From: a bacterium
Lineage (GTDB): Bacteria > Sysuimicrobiota > Sysuimicrobiia > Sysuimicrobiales > Humicultoraceae
DNA length: 64,000 nt
Direction of reading: 5' to 3'
NCBI GenBank assembly: GCA_041497675.1
Contig: JBGQGY010000001.1
Span: 1-64,000, forward strand
The position numbers were made by a program, and so were the translations under genes. Numbering within the stretch: the stretch's first letter is position 1; each line of letters begins with the position of its first letter. Shown here one piece after another: positions 50,473 to 58,735 of this stretch. The notes beneath the pieces are model-generated. The model ran no database searches and was not told where the DNA came from. It saw only the letters and a program-made list of their open reading frames with translations.

Positions 50473-52092
50473 GTGTCGAGATCCTACGCGCGTGGACGAT
50501 GGCTCAGCCTACCGTTGGTCATCGCGCTATTGGCGATGGTCGTGACGATGGGTGGGCCGGGGGCGATCGGCGCCCCGAGGGACGACGAGGTGGTGGTGGC
50601 ATTCGACAAAGAGCCCGACACGCTCAACCCATACTCCACCAATACATTGTCGGCCAAGGAGCTCAACGTCGTCGAAGGGTTTCATGTCACAAACGACAAC
50701 ATGCAGCACGTCCCGCGCATCGTGCAGCGGGTTCCCTCGCTGACCAACGCCGGTCTGACGATGACTGCCGGCAAGATGACGGTGACCTGGAGGCTCAAAC
50801 CCGACCAGAAGTGGAGCGACGGGAAGCCCGTGACCTCGGCCGACGCGGAGTTTACGTACAAGACCATGACCGACCCGACGTTTCGGGTGGATAGTCGGGC
50901 CGGGTGGCCGGTTATCGAGTCCGTCAGGACCCCGGACCCATTAACCGTTGTCGTGGCGTTCAAAGAACATTACGCGGCGTACCGAGATCTGTTCAGGTAC
51001 CTCCTGCCAAAGCACGTTCTCGAGGGGAAAGACCTGAATACGTTTTCGGAGTACAACCGCTCTCCGGTCACCACCGCGCCCTTTATGGTTCAGCAGTGGG
51101 TGCCCGGGCAGTTCATCGTGTTGGTCGCCAACCCCAACTACCGCGGGGCGGCGCAGGGTCTTCCCCACTTCAAGAAGATGACCTGGCGGTTTGTGCCGGA
51201 TGCGAACACACGGATGAACATGCTCAAGGCGGGCGAGGTCCAGATCGCGTGGGCGGTGCCGTTTGATCAGATCAAGGCGTTGCAGGCGATCTCCCGGCTG
51301 AAGGTCGTCGTCCACCCGCTGAATGCGTGGATGCACTTTGACTTTAACCTCCGGAAACCGATGTTCCAGGACGTGCGGATGCGGCAGGCGGTCGCTTACG
51401 CGATCGACAAAGAAGCCATCGTGACTCAGGTGCTGGGCGGACTCGGGAAACCGGCCGGTCCTCCCATGACGCCGCTGTCATGGGCATACAATCCCAATGC
51501 GTACAGCCAGTACAAATTCGACCTCGCCAAAGCCAGACAGTTGGTGGCCGAGGCCGGATGGCGACCGGGTCCCGACGGCATTCTTCAAAAGGACGGCAAA
51601 CCGTTTACCTTCGACAATTGCCACAACATCGGCGATGCGACGCAGGAGCGCGTGCAGCAGGTCATCCAGGCCATGCTTCGACAGATCGGTATGAATATGG
51701 AAATTCGAAACTTTTCCCCAACGGTGTACGGTGGGATCCGGTTCCGGGGCGAGTGCGACACGCTCTTTCACCGCTGGATCGTCCCCGCAACGCCGGTGCT
51801 CTCGATCTTCTACGCCGCCGACGCCACGCCGCCGAACGGGCTCAACCAGGTCTTTTACATCAACGCCGAGATCACGGATATTATCAAGGAGGCTGAAGGC
51901 ACCGTCGATCAGCCGAAGGCCAAAGCGTTGTTCTGGCGGGCCCAGGAGATTCTGGCGCGCGACTTGCCGACAATCCCGATCTACTACCTGGTGGGGGCGC
52001 AGGCGACGACAACGCGGCTGACCGGGCTCGTGGGCAACCCGACCAACGACGGCGACGGCTGGAACTCAGAAGTATGGAAGATGGGGCCCTAG
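50473..52092 (+). CDS. Peptide ABC transporter substrate-binding protein (family 5)
   Basis: Signal peptide, EPDTLNP, KWSDGKPVTSAD, RQAVAYAID. Confidence 0.92.
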   Translation: MSRSYARGRWLSLPLVIALLAMVVTMGGPGAIGAPRDDEVVVAFDKEPDTLNPYSTNTLSAKELNVVEGFHVTNDNMQHVPRIVQRVPSLTNAGLTMTAGKMTVTWRLKPDQKWSDGKPVTSADAEFTYKTMTDPTFRVDSRAGWPVIESVRTPDPLTVVVAFKEHYAAYRDLFRYLLPKHVLEGKDLNTFSEYNRSPVTTAPFMVQQWVPGQFIVLVANPNYRGAAQGLPHFKKMTWRFVPDANTRMNMLKAGEVQIAWAVPFDQIKALQAISRLKVVVHPLNAWMHFDFNLRKPMFQDVRMRQAVAYAIDKEAIVTQVLGGLGKPAGPPMTPLSWAYNPNAYSQYKFDLAKARQLVAEAGWRPGPDGILQKDGKPFTFDNCHNIGDATQERVQQVIQAMLRQIGMNMEIRNFSPTVYGGIRFRGECDTLFHRWIVPATPVLSIFYAADATPPNGLNQVFYINAEITDIIKEAEGTVDQPKAKALFWRAQEILARDLPTIPIYYLVGAQATTTRLTGLVGNPTNDGDGWNSEVWKMGP

Positions 52093-52095
52093 CAG

Positions 52096-53172
52096 ATGGC
52101 GAAGATCGCGATCGTCGGCTGTGGTGGAATCGGGGGTCTGGCCGGATTCTACATGGCCCAGGCGGGCGAGTCTGTCGTCTTTGTCGACCAGAACGCCGAC
52201 CATGTCCGGGCGATCCGCGACCGCGGCCTCTCCGTGAACGGCGTGTACGGGCCGATGTCCATTGGTCCCCAGCGCTCGTACACGCCAAGTGAGATTCCCG
52301 AACCGCTCGACGGGCTGATCTTTCTCGCATGCAAATCGCAGCACACGGCCGCGGCCGTCCCGCCGTTACTACGGTATCTGACCCCACAGACGTGCATTAT
52401 CTCGCTTCAGAACGGCATGAACGAAGACACGATTGCCGACGTCGTCGGGCGTGAGCGCACGATGGGCGCCCTGCCCGACTACGGCGGCGCGTACCTCAAC
52501 CCGGGCGTGCTCGAAGCGGTCCACGAGGGAACGGTGTACGTGGGTGAGCTCGACGGTCAAGTCACCGACCGCGCGCGCGAGGCCGCCCGCCTCCTAGGGA
52601 TCGGCCGGAACAAATGCGAGCTGCTCAACGACATCGTGGGACGTCTGTGGACGAAGCAGGTCTACAATTCACAGGTGGTCACGACGGCCCTCATCGATGG
52701 GACGGTCGTCCAGGTGTTGGGAAACAAGAAAGTTCAACGTGTGTCGATCGCCCTGGTGCGGGAGGCGATCCGTGTGTCAGATGCCGCCGGTGTGCGTCTG
52801 CACCCAGACCGCTGGTTCACGCCGGACCTGTACCGTGCGGATACCCCCGAGGCGACACAGCAGCTCCTGGCCGCGTTTGACCGGCTCGTCGAGCACCTAG
52901 GGGGCCACCAGGTCGGCGAAGGGCCGGGCGGCTACACGTACGTGAAGAAAGCCAGCGGGATTCATTGGGATATCGTCTACCGCAGGCGCAAGAGTGAGGC
53001 GGCCCACCTGACGGTGGTGTGTGTGGCCGACCGGTATGGCGTGAAAGTGCCGTTGAACACTCGTCTGATCGAGTTGATCGAAGAGATCGAGGACGGCAAG
53101 CGCACGCTCGGGTGGCACAACGTCGACGAGCTGACGGCCTACGCGGAGACTCTGGGCAAAGCGCTCCGCTAA
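52096..53172 (+). CDS. Ketopantoate reductase family protein
   Basis: GCGGIG, ACKSQ, LQNGMN, VGELDG, LWTK. Confidence 0.82.
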   Translation: MAKIAIVGCGGIGGLAGFYMAQAGESVVFVDQNADHVRAIRDRGLSVNGVYGPMSIGPQRSYTPSEIPEPLDGLIFLACKSQHTAAAVPPLLRYLTPQTCIISLQNGMNEDTIADVVGRERTMGALPDYGGAYLNPGVLEAVHEGTVYVGELDGQVTDRAREAARLLGIGRNKCELLNDIVGRLWTKQVYNSQVVTTALIDGTVVQVLGNKKVQRVSIALVREAIRVSDAAGVRLHPDRWFTPDLYRADTPEATQQLLAAFDRLVEHLGGHQVGEGPGGYTYVKKASGIHWDIVYRRRKSEAAHLTVVCVADRYGVKVPLNTRLIELIEEIEDGKRTLGWHNVDELTAYAETLGKALR

Positions 53173-54413
53173 GGACTCTTGTAGACGACGCCGTCCTTCA
53201 TCACCAGCCGGACGCGCTGCGGGTCGGCCACGACCGAGATATCGGCTAGCGGGTCGCCATCGATCAAGATCAGGTCGGCCAGGCGCCCCGGTTCTAGGGT
53301 GCCGAGGACATCGCCCATCCCAAGCACCTGAGCGCCCATCTTCGTCGACGCGACAATTGACTGCATGGGCGTCATGCCCGCCTGCACCATGTAAACGAGT
53401 TCGCGGGTGTTTTGGGCATGCCCCAGCGCGCCCGCATCGGTGCCCATGGCGATCTTCACGCCGAGGTCGAGCGCCCGTTTGAAGTTGCGACGCTGCACGT
53501 CGAAGACCGGGGGCAGCTTCGCCGCCGTGTACGCGGGCAGCGAGTGCGGGTCGCGGTCCAGCCGCTCCTTCATGCGATGGGTGACGCTGAGGGTGGGCAC
53601 GAGCCAGATGCCCAGGCGCACCATCCGCTCCAAGTCTTCCTCGTCGGCCACGGCCGCGTGCTCAATGGAATCCACGCGCGCCTCCAGGCAGATCTTCAAC
53701 CCCTCACCGCCGTGGGCGTGGACCAGCACGGGTTTGCCGGCGGCATGCGCCTCATCCACCATGGCCCGCAGCTCTTCGAGGGTGAACTGTCTGGTCGTCG
53801 GGCCGCCCCGTGGAGAGCCGACGCCCCCGGTCGTCGCAATCTTGATACAGTCCGCCCCGGCGCGGATGACCTCACGAACCTTGCGCCGGCACGCGTCGGC
53901 GCCGTCGGCCGTGCCGTCGGGGATGCCGGGCAGCCGCGGAAAGTCCGAGGAGAGCCCGCAGGGCTGCATCAGGTCGCCGTGACCGCCGGTCTGCGTGATG
54001 ATCACCAGGCTGATGACCAGCCGCGGGCCGGGGGTGACGCCCTGTTCGACGGCCATCTTGACCCCGAGGTCGACGCCCGCCGCGTCGCGGAACGCCGTGA
54101 CGCCGGTCATGAGCGTTTCGGTCGCCCAGCGTCCGACCTGGAGAACCGCCAGACTCGGGGCGGTGTTCATACGCTGTTTGATATCCAATCCCAGATGGGC
54201 CAGGTGATCGTGGCAGTCGATGATGCCCGGCATCGCGGTGAGCGACGGGTAATCATAGACCTTGAGCCGATCACCCGCTGCCTGGAGCGACGCCGAGGGT
54301 CTAACGTCGCTGATCGTGTTGCCTTCGATCGTCAGGGCCATATTGCGCGCCGGCGGCACCCCGGTGCCGTCGATCAGTTGTCCGACCTTGATCACCATGG
54401 CGGTGCCCGTCAT
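53169..54413 (-). CDS. Metal-dependent amidohydrolase (prolidase-like family)
   Basis: PGIIDCHDH, TGGHGD, IKIATTGG, HAHG, SIEH, AMGTDAG. Confidence 0.9.
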   Translation of the reverse strand: MTGTAMVIKVGQLIDGTGVPPARNMALTIEGNTISDVRPSASLQAAGDRLKVYDYPSLTAMPGIIDCHDHLAHLGLDIKQRMNTAPSLAVLQVGRWATETLMTGVTAFRDAAGVDLGVKMAVEQGVTPGPRLVISLVIITQTGGHGDLMQPCGLSSDFPRLPGIPDGTADGADACRRKVREVIRAGADCIKIATTGGVGSPRGGPTTRQFTLEELRAMVDEAHAAGKPVLVHAHGGEGLKICLEARVDSIEHAAVADEEDLERMVRLGIWLVPTLSVTHRMKERLDRDPHSLPAYTAAKLPPVFDVQRRNFKRALDLGVKIAMGTDAGALGHAQNTRELVYMVQAGMTPMQSIVASTKMGAQVLGMGDVLGTLEPGRLADLILIDGDPLADISVVADPQRVRLVMKDGVVYKSP

Positions 54414-54533
54414 CTATGCGCCCTCCCGTCATGCGTCCGCGATTCGATGCTGCCGGCGCATGTATTCCCCGCAAGACTTCGTGGGCCTCTTGGAGAAATC
54501 ACCGTTGCGAATACTCTCAGCGGGAGGTCTGCG

Positions 54534-55328
54534 ATGCGCAAGTGGAATCTGGCCCTGATGAACTCTGGTGAGATTGGTGCGATCGTCAAAGAGCACTCGC
54601 TGCTGCTGGTCCCGGTTGGCTGCGTCGAGCAGCACGGACCCGTCGGGTTCACCGGCGCCGACACGTATCTTGCAGAATACGTGTGCCACCGGGCGGCTGA
54701 GAGACTCGACGATGTGTACGTGACGCCGCCGTTGTGGTTTGGGTACACGCCCTACACCAGTTTCGCGGGGACGGTGAGCCTGCGTCTGGCGACCTTGGAG
54801 GCCGTCGTCCAGGACGTCGTGGAAGGGTATCTGGCGCACGGGTTCCGTCACATCGTCATTGTCAACAACCATGGACCAAACGAGGCGGCGATCGAGCCCG
54901 TGGCGGCGAGGGTGCGGCGGCAGCACGGGGTGGTGCTCGGCGTGCTCTATCCGTGGCGACTGGCTAATCACGTGTCGGCGGATCTATACCCGGATACCCG
55001 CGCCGTCTTCGGCCACGGTGGCGAGCCGACGATTTCTGTCATGATGGCGCTCTCACCCGGAACGATCGACCCGTCGCCTCCCGGGGCGCGCGGCTACGTG
55101 AGTCCGGAAGGCCCGTTCCAGGTCACGTCGTACCGAGCGGCCCGGTTCGGCGGTTTTGAGATCGGGTTGTTCAACGAAGCGTCACACGTGCTTCCCAGCG
55201 GGGCCAGCGGGGACTGGACCGTGGCGTCCGAGGAGCGCGGCCGCGAGATTCTCCGACGCATGGTAGACTACGCGTTGCAGTTCCTGCCCGCGTTTTTGCG
55301 TCTGAGCCGCGAGCGCCGCCGCCCCTAG
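54534..55328 (+). CDS. Creatininase family protein
   Basis: PVGCVEQHG, GADT, NNHGPN, GHGGEPT; GGGAGG RBS. Confidence 0.88.
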   Translation: MRKWNLALMNSGEIGAIVKEHSLLLVPVGCVEQHGPVGFTGADTYLAEYVCHRAAERLDDVYVTPPLWFGYTPYTSFAGTVSLRLATLEAVVQDVVEGYLAHGFRHIVIVNNHGPNEAAIEPVAARVRRQHGVVLGVLYPWRLANHVSADLYPDTRAVFGHGGEPTISVMMALSPGTIDPSPPGARGYVSPEGPFQVTSYRAARFGGFEIGLFNEASHVLPSGASGDWTVASEERGREILRRMVDYALQFLPAFLRLSRERRRP

Positions 55329-56725
55329 GCCGCGGGTTCCTCCGGAGGGAACTTCAGGGCCGCGATCTCGATGCCGGCCTCGGTGGGATCGACCGACTGC
55401 ACGATGTGTCTGGTGTGATGTTCCTCGAGGTCCAGATCGGACACCACCTCGGGCGGGGTGGCCTGCGGGTCGATCACGCTGACGAGCGGGCGAGCGGGGC
55501 TGCTGCGGCCCGGCCGGCGGACCACGGCGAGGGTGCCTCCGTCCAGACGGACCAGAGTACCCACCGGGTAGACGCCCATCTCCTGCAAGAAGATCCTCGC
55601 CAGCGTGGGGTCATAGAGCGTTCCCGCGCCCGCCAGGATGAGCCGCATGGCCTCTTCGGGGGTGTGGGGCCGGCGGTAGACCCGCCGAGACGTTGTCGCG
55701 GCGTCGAATACGTCTGCGATCTGTACGAGGCGCGCGAGCAGGTGCGGACGGGGTTTGGTGCTGATGCGCGGGTATCCCGACAGGTCGTAGTTGGCGTGGT
55801 GCTCGAACGCGACGACCATCGTCAGCTTTGACGGGCCCGCGAGCCCGCGCAGCATCTCCGCCCCAAGGATCGGGTGCTGCTGGATGATGGTCCGCTCGTC
55901 GTCGGTGAGTTTGCCGACCTTGTTGAGGATCTCGTGGGGGATGCGCGTCTTGCCGATGTCATGCATCAATGCCGCGACGCCGAGCGTGGCCATCTGGTCG
56001 CGGCTGAACGCCAACCGCGGCGCCATGAACAGCGCCAGGATGCCCACGTTGACCGAGTGATGCGCCGTGTCTGCGTCATAGTTCTTGATGGTGGCGGCGC
56101 GCATGAGGCTCAGCGGGTCTTTGGTGAGGATGTCGACGAGTGAATCCACGACAACGCGGGCTTTGTGCAAGTTGAGGGCGCCGTTGCCCGCCGCCTGCGA
56201 GTAGAGTTCGTCGATGACGCGCAGCCCGGCGCGGTAGGCGTCGGTCGGCTCAACCTTGAGCGCGGCCCGCGCCGTGACCGGGTTTGCCTCGGTAGCCCCC
56301 ACGGAGAGGTAGCGGATCCCGCGGTGGTCGAGGTACGCGGCGGCCCCGCCCATCTGTTGCACCTCAGCGACCGGCATGCAGAGCATGTCGACGAAATGGC
56401 GCAACTCGTGCAACTCCACGCCGCGGCGGATTTCGAGCGACAGAATGGAGCGTCGCCTGAACTCACCGAGGAGTGAGGCCAGCTGGAGACTTTCCTCGAG
56501 TAATATGGTGTTGTCCACAAAAAATGTCTCTTCATGGATAAAGATTCCAATTAATGGGCGGTCGGCCAGCAACGCCGTGACCAACTGATACGCGTCCGCG
56601 ACGAAGCGGTCGATGACCCGATGGGTGCGGCCGTAGAGCGCCGCGGTTCGGCGGATCCGCGAGAGCGCGCGCAAGACTTCAACCGGTCGCTCGCGCACAA
56701 TGGGGTTGAACGCGGGGTCGGTCAC
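55325..56725 (-). CDS. HD-GYP domain phosphodiesterase
   Basis: HSVNV, MHDIGK, HHANYDLSGYP, IADVFDA, GVYPVGTLVRL. Confidence 0.9.
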   Translation of the reverse strand: MTDPAFNPIVRERPVEVLRALSRIRRTAALYGRTHRVIDRFVADAYQLVTALLADRPLIGIFIHEETFFVDNTILLEESLQLASLLGEFRRRSILSLEIRRGVELHELRHFVDMLCMPVAEVQQMGGAAAYLDHRGIRYLSVGATEANPVTARAALKVEPTDAYRAGLRVIDELYSQAAGNGALNLHKARVVVDSLVDILTKDPLSLMRAATIKNYDADTAHHSVNVGILALFMAPRLAFSRDQMATLGVAALMHDIGKTRIPHEILNKVGKLTDDERTIIQQHPILGAEMLRGLAGPSKLTMVVAFEHHANYDLSGYPRISTKPRPHLLARLVQIADVFDAATTSRRVYRRPHTPEEAMRLILAGAGTLYDPTLARIFLQEMGVYPVGTLVRLDGGTLAVVRRPGRSSPARPLVSVIDPQATPPEVVSDLDLEEHHTRHIVQSVDPTEAGIEIAALKFPPEEPAA

Positions 56726-58731
56726 GTGGGTCGCGCCTGCATGCTGGCAGCCGGAGGCATGCGGTCGGGCGCCCCGTCGAAGGCCTGGATCGTGGCGACG
56801 GCCTCCCCGGCCAGGCGCCGGAGGGTGCGGGGCCGTCGCCCGAAGGCGAGCCGGTGTTGGGAGAATCGAACCAGCGCGGGGATCGCGTCTTTGGCGCGCG
56901 ACCGCGCCAAAGACGCGATAATCTCCTGCTTGAGGGCAAAGGTCAACTGCATCGGGTCGAGCCGCGCCAGCAAGTGGAGCAACTTCGGCAGGGAGAGCAG
57001 CACCGCGGTGTCGCTCATCGAGAGGACGACCTTGAGACGGATCCGCCCATCGACGTCGTCGAGCAGCTTGGCCAGTAGCGCGTTGGCCTCCTGCCCGCCG
57101 ATGCTGGCAAGGGCGGCTACGGCCTCGCTGCGAACACGGTGGTCGCGATGCGAGGCGAGCCGCGCGATGTGACCCATCCCCCGAGGATCGCCCAGACGAC
57201 CCAAGATGTATGCGACGTTACGCGCCAGATACCAACGCCCATCGGTCGCGAAGAATCCCACGTCGTCGATGCGATCGCGGGCCAGGGTCACGATGATGTC
57301 GCAGAGCATTCGCCGAGTCCCGGCACGCAACTCCTCACCAAGGATCATCATCAGCGGCGCAACGATGCGACTGCCCAGCAGCGACAGACACAGTCGAAGC
57401 TCTTCCTCCACCGGGGTGCCGCGGCCGTTCCACAGCGTCTCCACCATCGTATTGAGGAGGCGGGTTTTCGCCACCCCATCCGTGAGATCCGCCACCGCGC
57501 GCTCGTGAGCCGGCGTCTTGGCGGCGCCGTCCCGAAGGCCTTGCAGCACGACCCGCAGCAGCGAGAAATCTTCCTGCCCGACGAGCCACGGGAGGTACTC
57601 ATCGACTGATCGGATCGTGCCCACGATCTCTGACTCATCCGCCTGGTTGCGAAACATGTCGACGAGCGTGCCGATGACCTCGCGGGCGACGGAGGCCTCG
57701 TCCGTGCCCTCCATCTCGATGCGGATGCTTTCTGGCGGTCCGTCATCGGCCGGGCGCCCCGCCGGGAGGGGCAGGGAGGTGGACCCCGCGACCGCCGTCT
57801 GCGGCTGCTGCGCGTGCAGGATTTGCATCTCCGGGTCCAAAGCCAGCAGGTCGCCCGGACCCTCGCCCCCGCTGCTTTCGAGCGAGTTACGGGGCACAAT
57901 CCCGACCAGTCTCTGCTCGGACAGATGGTCCAGTAGCACCCGGGCCATCGCATCGTTGCTCCCCGGCGCGGTCAGCGTGCGCTGCAGCGGCATCCGAACC
58001 GGGTCCTCGAGCAGGAGGATGGCCGCGGCGAGGTGGCTGTAGAACTGCTCGCGGTCTTCGCTGGACTGGGTCGCGATGATGCGATCGAGGTTCTTGACGA
58101 CGTCGTACAGCGTCTGACTCCAGTCGAGGTGCTGGTCGTCGGCCGCGTTCCCCAGCATCGTCCGCAATTGCTCGAACAGTCCGCCAATCGCACCGGGGCC
58201 GGACCTCAGGATGTCGACGACAAACTGATGATTTTCGGCGGTCAGTTCCTGGCCGTCGCCCATCAGGTCCCACAACGCGCCCCACGACTCGTCCTGCGGC
58301 GCGGCGCCCACGGCGAGAACGATCTCCATGACCCTGATCGTCTGCACACCTGCCCGGCGCATGCCTCCGGCGATACCCCCGGACCCTTCGAGACTCACCC
58401 GGTCTTGTCTGACGATGGTCAAGAACGTCGTGATCTCCTGGGCGGTCACACCGGGGAGGACCGCGAAGCCGATGACCTTTCTGGCGTACAGGTGGAGGGC
58501 CAGGCTGGCCGACGTGGCATCCTTGAACGTCGCCTCGTTGACCTGGAACGACCGGCGGGATACCCGAACGGTGAACGGTCCGTTTGTCTCGATGTAGGTA
58601 TGCAGCCCGGCGAGGACCTCGCCAATCGCCCGGTCCGTGACCGGGCTCGGGGGCGGATAGAGGGTGTAGGTCTTGAGAGCGACGGCAAAACGTCGCAGGA
58701 TGGCGCTCGCCGCGGATGCCTTTGAGTCCAT
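56722..58731 (-). CDS. HEAT-repeat protein
   Basis: WYLARNVAYILGRLG, VRSEAVAALASIG and related C-terminal repeats. Confidence 0.85.
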   Translation of the reverse strand: MDSKASAASAILRRFAVALKTYTLYPPPSPVTDRAIGEVLAGLHTYIETNGPFTVRVSRRSFQVNEATFKDATSASLALHLYARKVIGFAVLPGVTAQEITTFLTIVRQDRVSLEGSGGIAGGMRRAGVQTIRVMEIVLAVGAAPQDESWGALWDLMGDGQELTAENHQFVVDILRSGPGAIGGLFEQLRTMLGNAADDQHLDWSQTLYDVVKNLDRIIATQSSEDREQFYSHLAAAILLLEDPVRMPLQRTLTAPGSNDAMARVLLDHLSEQRLVGIVPRNSLESSGGEGPGDLLALDPEMQILHAQQPQTAVAGSTSLPLPAGRPADDGPPESIRIEMEGTDEASVAREVIGTLVDMFRNQADESEIVGTIRSVDEYLPWLVGQEDFSLLRVVLQGLRDGAAKTPAHERAVADLTDGVAKTRLLNTMVETLWNGRGTPVEEELRLCLSLLGSRIVAPLMMILGEELRAGTRRMLCDIIVTLARDRIDDVGFFATDGRWYLARNVAYILGRLGDPRGMGHIARLASHRDHRVRSEAVAALASIGGQEANALLAKLLDDVDGRIRLKVVLSMSDTAVLLSLPKLLHLLARLDPMQLTFALKQEIIASLARSRAKDAIPALVRFSQHRLAFGRRPRTLRRLAGEAVATIQAFDGAPDRMPPAASMQARPT

Positions 58732-58735
58732 GGAG

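Noticed and set aside
53412..54533. Apparent long N-terminal extension of the creatininase (likewise for dnaG, the M20 peptidase and OppC)
   Set aside because: ORF-caller extension; better starts with RBS or gene coupling lie downstream
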